NCBI GenBank assembly: GCA_963695805.1
Contig: CAVOHV010000001.1
Coordinates: 67,843 to 131,842 of the forward strand
Direction: 5' to 3'
Source: an uncultured Solirubrobacterales bacterium
GTDB lineage: Bacteria; Actinomycetota; Thermoleophilia; Solirubrobacterales; 70-9
Length of the DNA stretch: 64,000 nucleotides
Positions 26,109-35,162 of this stretch are shown here, one piece after another (position 1 is the first letter of the stretch; each line of letters starts with the position of its first letter). The notes beneath the pieces were generated by a model. That model was given only the letters and a program-made list of their open reading frames with translations, did not search any database and was not told the DNA's origin. The translations under genes were made by a program, and so were the position numbers.

Positions 26109-27544
26109 AGCCGATCGACCGGGGCACCTGGCTGGCGCTCGGCGCGATGGGCGTCGCCGTCTTCGTGATCGCCAACGATTTCTCGGCGATCAACGTCGCG
26201 ATTCCGCAGATCGAGAAGGACTTCGACACGAGCGTCACCACCGCGCAGTGGGTGGTCAATGCCTACGCCCTGGTCTTCGGGGTCCTGATCGTCACCGGCG
26301 GCCGCCTGGCGGACCTCTTCGGCCGCCGGCGCGCGTTCTTCATCGGCAGTGGGATCTTCGCGACCTTCTCACTGCTCGGCGGGGCGGCCCAGACAGAGAC
26401 CGAGCTGATCGCGATGCGGGTGCTGATGGGGATCGGCGGAGCGCTGATGTGGCCGGCGATCCTCGGGATGACCTACGCCGCGCTGCCGGAGGAGCGCGCC
26501 GGGCTGGCCGGCGGCTTCATTCTCGGCGCCGCCGGCATCGGCAATGCCGCCGGGCCCCTGATCGGCGGCGCCCTGACCGACCTGCTCAGCTGGCGCTGGA
26601 TCTTCTTCCTCAACGTCCCCGTGACGGCCTTCGCCGTCTTCGTCACCCTGCGCGAGATCCACCAGCCGCGGCCGGAGGTCGAGGACACCCGTATCGACTA
26701 CGGTGGGATCGCCACGGTGTCCGTGGGCCTGGTGGCCCTGCTGATCGCCTTCGACCAGGCCACGGATTGGGGTTGGGGCAACCCGAAGATCATCGGGTTG
26801 CTGGTGCTCTTCGTCGTGCTGATCGGAAGCTTCGTGGCGGTCGAGCGGCGGGCGGGCGAGCATGCGCTGGTCCCGCCCGACGTGATCGGGAACCGGAACT
26901 TCGCCTACACCTGTGCAGCGATCCTGCTGATGTCCGCCGTCTTCTTTGCGGCGATGCTCTATCTGCCGCAGTTCATGATCTCCGTCCTCGGCTACTCGCC
27001 GATCGGCGCCGGCGCCGGCATGCTGCCGATGATGGCGACCTTCGCAGCCGTCTCCTTCGTCGCCGGCAACCTCTACAACCGGTTCGGCTCGAAACCGCTT
27101 CTCATCCTCGGCTCGCTGTGCATCGCCGTCGGGCCTGCCTTGATTGCGATCTTTGCCGAACAGGAGAGCTACGGAGCGATCGTTCCGGGGATGGCGATCC
27201 TCGGCCTCGGGATCGGCCTCTTCTATCCGACGGCGACCACGGACGGCGTGACGGCCTGCAATGAGTCGAGGCGGAGCCTGGCCGGCGCGATCATCTACAT
27301 GTTCCAGATCGCCGGCGGCTCGGTGGGCCTGGGCCTGACCACGGCGATCTTCATCGGCGCGAGCGACGGAGCCACGAGCGGTCCCGACTTCGTCAACGGC
27401 ATCCAGACCGCCTTCGGCGTCGATGCGGCCATCGCTGTGGGCGGCTTCCTGATCGCCACCTTCCTGATCGGTGGGCGTCTCCGTCTGGCGCACGCCCATC
27501 GTCCGGCGCTGGCCGGCCACTCGCCGCGCGGGCACGGACCCTAG
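26105..27544 (+). CDS. MFS transporter, DHA2 (EmrB/QacA, 14-TM) type
   Basis: ORF 25757..27544. ATG 26105 (MKPIDRGTWLALGAMGVAVFVIANDFSAINVAIPQIEKDF) overlaps the upstream stop. The motif LADLFGRRR is present, with about 14 TM. Confidence 0.85.
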   Translation: MKPIDRGTWLALGAMGVAVFVIANDFSAINVAIPQIEKDFDTSVTTAQWVVNAYALVFGVLIVTGGRLADLFGRRRAFFIGSGIFATFSLLGGAAQTETELIAMRVLMGIGGALMWPAILGMTYAALPEERAGLAGGFILGAAGIGNAAGPLIGGALTDLLSWRWIFFLNVPVTAFAVFVTLREIHQPRPEVEDTRIDYGGIATVSVGLVALLIAFDQATDWGWGNPKIIGLLVLFVVLIGSFVAVERRAGEHALVPPDVIGNRNFAYTCAAILLMSAVFFAAMLYLPQFMISVLGYSPIGAGAGMLPMMATFAAVSFVAGNLYNRFGSKPLLILGSLCIAVGPALIAIFAEQESYGAIVPGMAILGLGIGLFYPTATTDGVTACNESRRSLAGAIIYMFQIAGGSVGLGLTTAIFIGASDGATSGPDFVNGIQTAFGVDAAIAVGGFLIATFLIGGRLRLAHAHRPALAGHSPRGHGP

Positions 27545-27564
27545 GTTCTCGAGGGCTTGCCGGC

Positions 27565-27587
27565 TTTTGGTCGCTATGCGACCAAAA
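27565..27587. repeat. AT-flanked palindrome TTTTGGTCGC-TAT-GCGACCAAAA, related to the element at 54310-54355
   Basis: 10-bp perfect arms. It shares the core and flanks GCCGG(C)TTTTGGTC(G/A)C...G(C/T)GACCAAAA with the second copy. Confidence 0.6.
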
Positions 27588-27714
27588 TCGACCACAGCCG
27601 CAGGTAGGTCAGGAAGTCTGGCCGGGTCCGGAGTCCGCGGGCGTCCCAGTGCAGCAGAAGGGCGGTGCACGCAAGCGCCACCCTCTGTCGCATTCGTTGG
27701 CGGGAGCCGGTCCC

Positions 27715-28227
27715 CTAGTCGTGGGCGGGTGGATCGTCGGAGCCGCCGCCGCCACTGCCCCCGCCACTGCCGCCGGCGTCTCCGCTCGACCCGCTCGAGC
27801 CGTTGGAGCCGCTCGAACCGCTGCCGCCGCTGGAACCGCTCGAGCCGCTGCCTCCGGAACCGCTGCCTCCGGAGCTGCTGCCTCCCGAGCCGGACTCCTT
27901 GCGCTGGCCGCCGTGGTCGTCACCGCCGCCGCCCCCAGATCCGGAGGTTGAGGACCGGCCGGAGTCATCCGAACCCGAGCCTGAGGTGCCGGTGTCATCG
28001 CCCGAGACGTCGTCGCTCTGGCCCGAGGCTCCACCGTGGTCGTCGTTGCGGTCCTCCACCACCGGCGCCGGCCTCGGCTTCGGGGCGGACGCGACGAGTG
28101 AGACCGGCTGGGCGGAGAGTCCGATGTCTCGGCCCGAGATCGCGTTTGCAGCGAGCGCGATCGCCCCTGCCGCCACGATCCCGGCGATCCCGAGGAGGAC
28201 GGTGAGGATTCGCTCCTTGGTGGTCAT
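27715..28227 (-). CDS. signal-anchored Asp/His/Gly/Ser low-complexity protein (DDHGG motifs), co-transcribed with the two-component system
   Basis: ATG 28227 lies 4 nt after the HK stop. TM is ILTVLLGIAGIVAAGAIALAA. The tail contains NDDHGGASGQSDDVSGDD, GDDHGGQRKESG and long (SGS)n tracts. Confidence 0.6.
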   Translation of the reverse strand: MTTKERILTVLLGIAGIVAAGAIALAANAISGRDIGLSAQPVSLVASAPKPRPAPVVEDRNDDHGGASGQSDDVSGDDTGTSGSGSDDSGRSSTSGSGGGGGDDHGGQRKESGSGGSSSGGSGSGGSGSSGSSGGSGSSGSNGSSGSSGDAGGSGGGSGGGGSDDPPAHD

Positions 28228-28231
28228 GCGA

Positions 28232-29620
28232 TCACCGTAGAGGTCGCGAGTTAGGAGATGGCAAAGGCTCGCTGGGCAGGGTGACCTCGGCCCGGACGGC
28301 CCCCTCCTCCGCGTTCTCGATCCGGGCGGTGCCGCCCCTGCGACGTGCGAGGGCAGCCACGATCGGCAATCCAAGGCCCGTGCCCTCGCGGCGGCCGCTC
28401 CCACGGTAGAAACGCTCGAAGGCGCGGCGGCTGAGCTCGGGATCGATCGGTCCCGACTGGCTGAGCACGCCGATCCTGCCCGCCCCGTCCACGTGATCGG
28501 TCTCGACCCTCACGGTGGAGCCCCGGGGCGAGTACTTGAGTGCGTTCTCGATCAGGTTGTCGAGGATGGCCGCGAGCTCTGTGTCGCCGGCCCGGACGAC
28601 ACCCCCGCCCTGTCCGTCGAGCATGATCCCGTGCCCCGATTCGTCGGCGGGCCCGCGCCAGCGCTCGATGGCGTCGCGTGCCGCGGCGTCGAGATCCGCG
28701 CTCGCCTCCTCGGCGGACTGCTCACTCGAGGCCAGCTCGAGCAGATCCGAGACGAGTCCCTCGAGACGGGCGCTCTCGCGCTCGGCAGCCTCGAGTTCCT
28801 TGCGGACCTCGGGATCGTCGGTCTTCACACCCGCGGCCTCGAGGCGGAGTCGCAGGCCTGTCAGAGGGGTGCGCAGCTGGTGCGAGGCATCCGCGACGAA
28901 CACCCGCTGGGACTCCAGCACGGCATCGAGCCTGTCCGCCATCTCATTGAACTCATGGGCCACCTCGACCTGTTCGCTCGAGCCGCGCTCGGGTGCACGC
29001 GCCTCCGAGTCCCCGGCGGCGCGGCGGCGTGCGGCCTCACCGAGCGAGCGCAATGGCCTCGCAATGGACCCGGCGAGGATCCAGGCGACGCCGAGTCCCA
29101 GCACCAGGGCGAGCACCCCGATGCCGATCAGGGCGAGCACGTCCTGGCGGACCTGGCTGTGGACCGCGTGCAGGCTCTGCTCGACCTCGAGGGCACCGAT
29201 CGTCCGGCCGTTGCGGACGATGGGCACCGCGGTGGAGAGCACATCGCGGCCCTCGTGGTGGCGGCCCTGAGCGATGTTCCCGTCGAGCGCCTGCAGCGCA
29301 ACGGGGTCGTCGGTCAGCCGCGGTGGGCTCGCCACCGCACTGGGATCCGAGCTCGCGATCTCCTTGCCCCGCCCGTCGATGATGAAGACGAGTCCGTCGA
29401 GCCTCGCCGACGCCTCGGTCGCGACCCGCTGAAGCCGAGCGGGTGTCCGGAGCTGGTCGGCGACGGAAGCGGCGACGACCTGGGCCTGGGCGGCGGAATC
29501 CGCCTCGACCTCCGCGTTCACGCGGTCGCTGACGTTGGCCGACAGGGGGACCTCGAGGGCGACGATCACCACCAGCAGCGTGTAGGCGAAAGCCGCCAGG
29601 AGGCGGGCGCGCAGGCTCAT
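28232..29620 (-). CDS. sensor histidine kinase (HAMP, HisKA, HATPase_c)
   Basis: 462 aa. H-box FVADASHQLRTPLT, N-box LIENALKYSP, and G2 GTGLGLPIV. Confidence 0.9.
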   Translation of the reverse strand: MSLRARLLAAFAYTLLVVIVALEVPLSANVSDRVNAEVEADSAAQAQVVAASVADQLRTPARLQRVATEASARLDGLVFIIDGRGKEIASSDPSAVASPPRLTDDPVALQALDGNIAQGRHHEGRDVLSTAVPIVRNGRTIGALEVEQSLHAVHSQVRQDVLALIGIGVLALVLGLGVAWILAGSIARPLRSLGEAARRRAAGDSEARAPERGSSEQVEVAHEFNEMADRLDAVLESQRVFVADASHQLRTPLTGLRLRLEAAGVKTDDPEVRKELEAAERESARLEGLVSDLLELASSEQSAEEASADLDAAARDAIERWRGPADESGHGIMLDGQGGGVVRAGDTELAAILDNLIENALKYSPRGSTVRVETDHVDGAGRIGVLSQSGPIDPELSRRAFERFYRGSGRREGTGLGLPIVAALARRRGGTARIENAEEGAVRAEVTLPSEPLPSPNSRPLR

Positions 29621-29627
29621 CGGTGTC

Positions 29628-30341
29628 TCAGGCCTCGTCGGCCCCGGAGAACCTGAAGCCGACTCCGCGGACCGTGTGGATGTAGCGCGGGTTCGACGGA
29701 TCGTCGTCGAGCTTCTTGCGAAGCCCGCTGACGTGGACGTCGAGTGTCTTGGTGGAGCCGAACCAGTTCATGTCCCAGACCTCGTCGATCAGGGCCTCGC
29801 GCGTCAGCACCGAGCCCGCGCTCTCCATCAGTACCCGGAGCAGCTCGAACTCCTTGCGCGAGAGCTCGATCGGATTCCCTCCGAGGCGCGCCTCGTGCTT
29901 GTCCCTATCGAGGGTGAGGTCGCCGATCCTCATCGGGCCGGTGCCGTCGGCGCTCGGCACGGGCGCTGCGCGCCTCAGAACCGCCCTGACGCGCGCCATC
30001 ACCTCGCGGGCCGAGAACGGCTTGACGATGTAGTCGTCCGCCCCGAGCTCGAGGCCCGCGACCCGGTCGGCCTCGGACCCTCGCGCGGTGAGCATGATGA
30101 TCGGGACCCGGCTGTCCTGGCGCAGCTCCCGGCAGACGTCTAGGCCGGAGCCGTCGGGCAGGCCGATGTCGAGCAGGACGAGGTCCGGCGACTGCGCGCC
30201 GGCCTTCTCCATGGCCTCGGCGGCCGTACCGGCCACGGAGGCGTTGAAGCCCTCGCGCTCGAGGGCCTCCGCGAGGGGCTCGGTGATCGCCCGCTCGTCC
30301 TCGACGAGCAGGATGGTCTGGCGCTGGGGCGACGGGTTCAC
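29628..30341 (-). CDS. OmpR-family response regulator
   Basis: ILLVEDE, DLVLLDIGLPDGSG, and a winged-helix C-terminus (LSRKEFELLRVLM...VRGVGFRF). Confidence 0.9.
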   Translation of the reverse strand: MNPSPQRQTILLVEDERAITEPLAEALEREGFNASVAGTAAEAMEKAGAQSPDLVLLDIGLPDGSGLDVCRELRQDSRVPIIMLTARGSEADRVAGLELGADDYIVKPFSAREVMARVRAVLRRAAPVPSADGTGPMRIGDLTLDRDKHEARLGGNPIELSRKEFELLRVLMESAGSVLTREALIDEVWDMNWFGSTKTLDVHVSGLRKKLDDDPSNPRYIHTVRGVGFRFSGADEA

Positions 30342-30461
30342 AGCGACCTGATGCTAGGGGTGGCAAAGAAAACGGCTTGGGGCCGCCGGCCGGAGATTCG
30401 GCCAGCGGCCCCGCACCTGTCCTCGACGTCTCTCAGTCGTGGTGCTCGGATCCGTTCGGTC

Positions 30462-30986
30462 CTAGTCGTCGTCCGAGCCGCCCGAGTGGCTCGACGCGGA
30501 GCTGCCCGACCCCGAGCTGCCGGAGCCAGAGCTCCCGGAGCCGGAGTTGCCGGAGTCGCCACCGTGATCGTCGGCGAGATCGTGGCCTGGGCCGTCATCG
30601 GCGCCCTGGCCACCGTGGTCGTCCCCGACGTCGTGGCTCGGGCCATCATCGCTGTGCGAGCTGCCGGGACCCGAGTTCTGCGAGCCGGGACCGCGGTTGC
30701 CGTGCTCGCCGGGGTTGTCGTCGCCGACATCGTGGCCGGGACCGTCGTCGGTCGTGGTGGTCCGCCCGTTGTCCTCGGGCCGCTGCGGTCCCGCACAGCG
30801 CGGATCGTTGGCGTGCTCTGCCTCGTCGCACGGTCCGCTGACGTCCACGGTGTCGGTGGTGCTGGTCGTGGCGGCCGCCGGGGTGGCGGTGGAACTCTTG
30901 TCGGCCGGCGCCGCCATCACGTAGGCGGCCCCTCCGACGAGGATGCCGACCAGTACGGCCAGCAGCGTCTTCGACATGGTTCCCAT
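30462..30986 (-). CDS. signal-anchored Asp/His/Gly/Ser low-complexity protein (three DDGPxHDxxDD repeats), paralogue-like of 27715-28227
   Basis: ATG 30986 with AAGGAGG 7 nt upstream. TM is LLAVLVGILVGGAAYVMA. Contains CDEAEHANDPRC, repeats DDGPGHDVGDD / DDGPSHDVGDDHGG / DDGPGHDLADDHGG, and an (SGS)n tail. Confidence 0.6.
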   Translation of the reverse strand: MGTMSKTLLAVLVGILVGGAAYVMAAPADKSSTATPAAATTSTTDTVDVSGPCDEAEHANDPRCAGPQRPEDNGRTTTTDDGPGHDVGDDNPGEHGNRGPGSQNSGPGSSHSDDGPSHDVGDDHGGQGADDGPGHDLADDHGGDSGNSGSGSSGSGSSGSGSSASSHSGGSDDD

Positions 30987-31131
30987 CAACAATCCTCCTT
31001 GCACTTGGGTGTGGCGGCCACTATCCGCGGCCCGCGTCAGACGATGCCCAGGGGCAGGAAACCGGTTGGCAAGGGGAGGGTTAAGCCTTCGTAAGGTAGG
31101 CAGGACACCCCTCCACGCCCAGGAGTTGCCC

Positions 31132-31866
31132 ATGAGCCCTGACCAGGATCAAAGCCGCGTCGCCGTGATCACCGGAGCGTCGTCCGGCATCGGCGAGGCC
31201 ACGGCACGCGCCCTCGCCGCCGACGGCCACCGCCTCGCGCTGCTGGCCCGCCGTGCCGACCGCATCGAGGAGCTCGCCGCCGAGCTCGGCAACGGCGCGG
31301 TATCGATCGTCGCCGACGTCACCGACCGGGACTCGCTCGTCTCTGCCGCGGAGCGCGTTCAGGCAGACCTCGGAGGCGCCGACATCCTCGTCAACAACGC
31401 GGGCGTGATGCTGCTCGGCCCGTTCGACTCCGAGCACAGCGACGAGCTCCGCCAGATGGTCGAGGTCAACCTGCTCGGGGCGATGACGGCGACCGAGGTC
31501 TTCCTCGACCAGCTTCGTGACGGCGGGGGGGACCTGGTCAACATCTCGTCGGTGGCCGGTCGGACGGCACGCGCCTTCGGTTCCGGCTACAACGCGACGA
31601 AGTGGGGTCTGAACGGCTGGTCGGAGGCCCTGCGCCAGGAGCTGCTGCCCGACATTCGGGTGATGGTGATCGAGCCCGGGGCCGTCGGTACGGAGCTCAC
31701 CGATCACATCACCGACTCGAGCGTCAAGGAGGCCACCGAGAAGTTCTACGGCGAGGTCGCGATCACGGCCGCGGACATCGCCGAGATCATCGCCTTCTCG
31801 GTCTCACGCCCGCGGCGGGTCAACCTGAACGAGATCCTGGTCAGGCCCACGGCGCAGGCGCGCTGA
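31132..31866 (+). CDS. short-chain dehydrogenase/reductase (SDR)
   Basis: ATG 31132 preceded by AGGAG. VAVITGASSGIGEA (TGxxxGxG), NNAG, and the catalytic Y-x3-K in YNATKWG. Confidence 0.85.
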   Translation: MSPDQDQSRVAVITGASSGIGEATARALAADGHRLALLARRADRIEELAAELGNGAVSIVADVTDRDSLVSAAERVQADLGGADILVNNAGVMLLGPFDSEHSDELRQMVEVNLLGAMTATEVFLDQLRDGGGDLVNISSVAGRTARAFGSGYNATKWGLNGWSEALRQELLPDIRVMVIEPGAVGTELTDHITDSSVKEATEKFYGEVAITAADIAEIIAFSVSRPRRVNLNEILVRPTAQAR

Positions 31867-31885
31867 CGAGATTCCCCACCCGGTG

Positions 31886-31912
31886 ATAAGTTGACTCTTA
31901 GTCAATAAGTTG
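31886..31912. promoter_or_regulatory. AT-rich operator-like element upstream of the copper-protein operon
   Basis: Direct repeat ATAAGTTG (31886-31893 and 31905-31912) interlocked with the inverted repeat TTGACT-CTT-AGTCAA (31891-31905). It lies 20 nt upstream of the 31932 start in otherwise GC-rich DNA. Confidence 0.35.
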
Positions 31913-31931
31913 CCTCGGAGAGGATGCATGC

Positions 31932-33887
31932 ATGGAAGCGGCGACTCGTTTCGGGATCCGCAACTGGCTAGCTGCGTTCGGCTGCGCGGTAATTGCGCTG
32001 CTTGTGATCTCACCTGCAGCCAAGGCGGGGGTAAACGGCCAGTGCCCGTCGATCGCCGATAAGCCCGCCGCCGCGTCCCACGTCCCCTACCAGGACGTCC
32101 AGCACATCACCTACTGCTACGGGCCGATCAACATGACGCCGGGGCAGAACATCATCAAGTTCCGACCCGCGATCGACAGCATCGGGAACAAGCTCTGGCC
32201 CCAGGAGGACGGCTACATCACCCGCTTCGACCCGGAGCTGGTCTACACCGATGGAACGGTCCCGCGGGTCGACTTCCTGCATTTGCACCACGCGGTCTGG
32301 GCCGTCAACGGGGCCCCGCAGTTCGCGGTCGGGGAGGAGAAGACGGTCCAACAGCTTCCCCAGGGATTCGGCTGGCGCAGCCATCCCGGCGACAGCTGGA
32401 TCCTCAACGACATGCTGCACGACCTCGTCGCCCAGCCCGCCCAGGTCTACGTCGTCTGGCGCATCGACTTCGTCCCTGACAGCTCACCCGACGCGGCCTC
32501 GATTCACACCGTGCACACCAAGTGGATGGACGTGGCCGGCAACCCGAGCATCTATCCCGTCTTCGACTCGCTGCGCGCCTACGGCAAGAACGGCCGCTAC
32601 ACGTTCCCTGATCAGGCGCCGGCCTCGGACCTTCATCCATGCGGATCGAGCGGTCGGGCGCCGGACACCCACGGTTGTCTCGGAGCCGCCCAGAGCTGGA
32701 CCCCGACTCAGGGCTCGACCCTGATCGCCACCGCCGGGCACCTGCATCCTGGCGGGCTCTACACCCAGTTATGGGACACCCGCAACGGCACCACCAACAC
32801 GCTCTTCACCTCCGACGCCCATTACTACGAGCCCGCGGGTGAGGTCTCATGGGACGTCGCGATGGGCGCCACGCCGCCCGCCTGGAGGGTGCAGGTGAAG
32901 GCAGGCGACACGGTGAGCGTGCACGCCACCTACGACACGACGAGATCGGACTGGTACGAGGTGATGGGCATCATGCCCGTCGCGGTCTACAACGGGACCG
33001 ACGTCGGGGGGAAGGACGCGCAGGCGAATGACATCCCGCAGGACGAGGTCCGGACCCACGGGCACCTGGCCGAGAACGACAACCACGGCGGCGAGCCCAC
33101 GGGCGCCGCGAACCCGCTGTCGCTGCCGAGCGCGGCGGTGCCGAACAGCACGATCGGCATCCAGTTGTTCACGTACCAGGCGGATCAGAGCGCTGGCCTG
33201 AGCGTGCCGACGGTCGAGCCGGGGCAGTCGATCACCTTTCACAACCTCGACGCGGTGCCGAGCGTCAATGCCTTCCACACGATCACGGCCTGTAAGGACC
33301 CCTGCACCGCAAGGACCGGAATCGCCTTCCCGATCGCCAACGGGCCGGTGACCTTCGACTCGGGCGAGCTGGGCTTCAACGGGAACCAGGGTTCATTCGG
33401 GAATGCCCCGGCGGCCAATCGCGACACCTGGCAGACCCCCAAGGACCTTCCAACCGGCACCTACACCTTCTTCTGCCGGATCCATCCGTTCATGAGAGGA
33501 GCCTTCCGCGTGGAGCCGCAGTCCGGCCCACGGCAAACGCTGAGGGCGAGGAAGAAGCAGAAGCTCGCAGCGGCGGCGGTCAGCGAGACGGTCGAAAAGG
33601 CGGCCACGGTGCGGCTTCGGGCGAGGGTGAAGGGGGCGACGAAGTCGGCGGGCGCCTCCGGCGCGTCGCACGTCCTCTCCCAGGCACTCGACGCCAAGCG
33701 GTCCACGATTTCGCTCAATCCCAGGGTCAGGACGAAGATCAAGCTGAGGTTCTCGAAGGCAGCGCGCAAGCGACTCGGGGCGGCGCTCGCGCAGGGCGGA
33801 CCGCAGAAGATCGTCGTCACGGCCACGGCCACCGACGGGTTCGGCAAGACGTCGACCGCCAAGGCGAGCTTCAGGCTGATCGGCTAG
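31932..33887 (+). CDS. secreted multidomain copper protein: N-terminal domain with a PHM/DBH-like His/Met pattern, amicyanin-like cupredoxin domain, basic beta-rich C-terminal domain
   Basis: Signal peptide WLAAFGCAVIALLVISPAAKA. HLHH (about residue 117-120), LHD (about 163), GHLHPGG (about 270-272), EVMGIM (about 345). Cupredoxin ligands are H (NAFHTITAC) and C-x2-H-x2-M (FFCRIHPFMRG). Confidence 0.6.
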   Translation: MEAATRFGIRNWLAAFGCAVIALLVISPAAKAGVNGQCPSIADKPAAASHVPYQDVQHITYCYGPINMTPGQNIIKFRPAIDSIGNKLWPQEDGYITRFDPELVYTDGTVPRVDFLHLHHAVWAVNGAPQFAVGEEKTVQQLPQGFGWRSHPGDSWILNDMLHDLVAQPAQVYVVWRIDFVPDSSPDAASIHTVHTKWMDVAGNPSIYPVFDSLRAYGKNGRYTFPDQAPASDLHPCGSSGRAPDTHGCLGAAQSWTPTQGSTLIATAGHLHPGGLYTQLWDTRNGTTNTLFTSDAHYYEPAGEVSWDVAMGATPPAWRVQVKAGDTVSVHATYDTTRSDWYEVMGIMPVAVYNGTDVGGKDAQANDIPQDEVRTHGHLAENDNHGGEPTGAANPLSLPSAAVPNSTIGIQLFTYQADQSAGLSVPTVEPGQSITFHNLDAVPSVNAFHTITACKDPCTARTGIAFPIANGPVTFDSGELGFNGNQGSFGNAPAANRDTWQTPKDLPTGTYTFFCRIHPFMRGAFRVEPQSGPRQTLRARKKQKLAAAAVSETVEKAATVRLRARVKGATKSAGASGASHVLSQALDAKRSTISLNPRVRTKIKLRFSKAARKRLGAALAQGGPQKIVVTATATDGFGKTSTAKASFRLIG

Positions 33888-34576
33888 TGCGGGGGAGGCC
33901 TTTCACCGTGCGGCGGGTGATCGTTGCCTTGGCCGTAATCGGCGTGGCCGCCTTAGGCGCCGGCCAGGCGCTCGGAGCCTCCGAGGCAATCACCACGTCG
34001 ACCACGTGCTGCACCTACGGCAAGGCCACCTTCACGATCGACCGGGGAACAGTGGCCACGTTCCAGAATCAGGACCCGAGCATCTCGCCACATGACGTCT
34101 TTTCGGTCGACAGCGGGGCCAAGAACAAGCCGTTGTTCAGCTCCGCCGAGATCAACATCGGCCAGACGCCGGTGAACGGAACGGACGCCCTCGGCGCGGG
34201 CACGTACCGCTTCTTCTGCACGGTTCACCCCACTCAGATGTCAGGCGAGCTCGTGGTGACGCCGAGCGGCTCTCCCACCGTTGCAGTCACGATCCTCAGC
34301 CGCAAGCTGGGTCCGGTTGCCTCGAGTGGCAAGCTGCAGGTCAAGCTGCGAGGTCTGCTCCCGAGCAACAACGTGTCGCTGACGGCACGCAAGGGGAGCA
34401 GGAAGCTCGGCTCGATGCACGGCATCGACTTGGCGGCGGGCGCCTCGCGCATCGTCAAGCTGCCGGTCAGCCGCGCCGGCCGGAGCTCCCTCAAGAACCT
34501 CGGTAGTGCCAAGGTCAAGGTGATGGCGGCTCCGCCTGGAGACCAACAGGTCAGCGTGGCGCGGCGCCTGGACTAG
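33887..34576 (+). CDS. secreted cupredoxin (type-1 copper) protein with the same kind of C-terminal beta-rich domain
   Basis: GTG overlaps the upstream stop (TAGTG). Signal peptide VIVALAVIGVAALGAGQALGA. Ligands are H (SISPHDV) and C-x2-H-x3-M (FFCTVHPTQMSG). Confidence 0.7.
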   Translation: MRGRPFTVRRVIVALAVIGVAALGAGQALGASEAITTSTTCCTYGKATFTIDRGTVATFQNQDPSISPHDVFSVDSGAKNKPLFSSAEINIGQTPVNGTDALGAGTYRFFCTVHPTQMSGELVVTPSGSPTVAVTILSRKLGPVASSGKLQVKLRGLLPSNNVSLTARKGSRKLGSMHGIDLAAGASRIVKLPVSRAGRSSLKNLGSAKVKVMAAPPGDQQVSVARRLD

Positions 34577-34617
34577 CCCAGCAGGCGGAGGCCCCGCCGC
34601 GGGATACTGCGTAAGCG

Positions 34618-35025
34618 ATGTCGGAGGAGAACGTCGAGATCGTGCGGGGCGTCTATGACGCCTGGCAACGGGGCGACTTTGAAGCCGCGTTAGAGCCCTT
34701 CCACGAGGACGTCGAGTGGTTTGGCCCGCCGGATATCTCCCGCGCGGGCGGCGGCGGAGTTGCGCGCGGGCACGAGGGCGTTAGCCGTTCGATCGGTCGC
34801 TGGATGGGCGCATGGGGTGAACTCCGCTTCGAGCTTCGCGACCTGATCGATTTCGGCGACGAGGTGCTGGCTGAAGGTTGGCAACAGGGACGCGGCCGGG
34901 GGAGCGGAGTCGAGGTCTCAGAGGAAATCTTCAGCGTCTGGACTCTCCGAGCGGGCAAGATCGTCCGGCAGCGGATGTTTCGCGACAGAGCACAGGCCCT
35001 CGAAGCCGTCGGCCTTTCGAAGTAG
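34618..35025 (+). CDS. SnoaL/NTF2-like small protein (MSEENV...ALEAVGLSK family member)
   Basis: 135 aa. MSEENVEIVRGVYDAWQRGDFEAALEPFHEDVEW is typical of SnoaL_2-type proteins. Shares N- and C-terminal blocks with five other ORFs in the window. Confidence 0.8.
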   Translation: MSEENVEIVRGVYDAWQRGDFEAALEPFHEDVEWFGPPDISRAGGGGVARGHEGVSRSIGRWMGAWGELRFELRDLIDFGDEVLAEGWQQGRGRGSGVEVSEEIFSVWTLRAGKIVRQRMFRDRAQALEAVGLSK

Positions 35026-35162
35026 GCCGACATACGAGGAAGCCCGGCGCTGGGCGTCCCTTCCGCCACTGTGCGACTCGGCACACCGGACTCGCAACGT
35101 GCTGACTCCCACAGGGGGAGGACTCCCGGCGGGGAAGATGGGCCCACGCGAGGAGAAGGGAG

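Noticed and set aside
27760-27960. Short-period DNA repeats (also at about 30480-30560) that might be mistaken for a CRISPR array or minisatellite
   Set aside because: The periods are 9-18 nt, imperfect and in phase with Gly/Ser codons of the low-complexity proteins. There is no repeat-spacer organisation.
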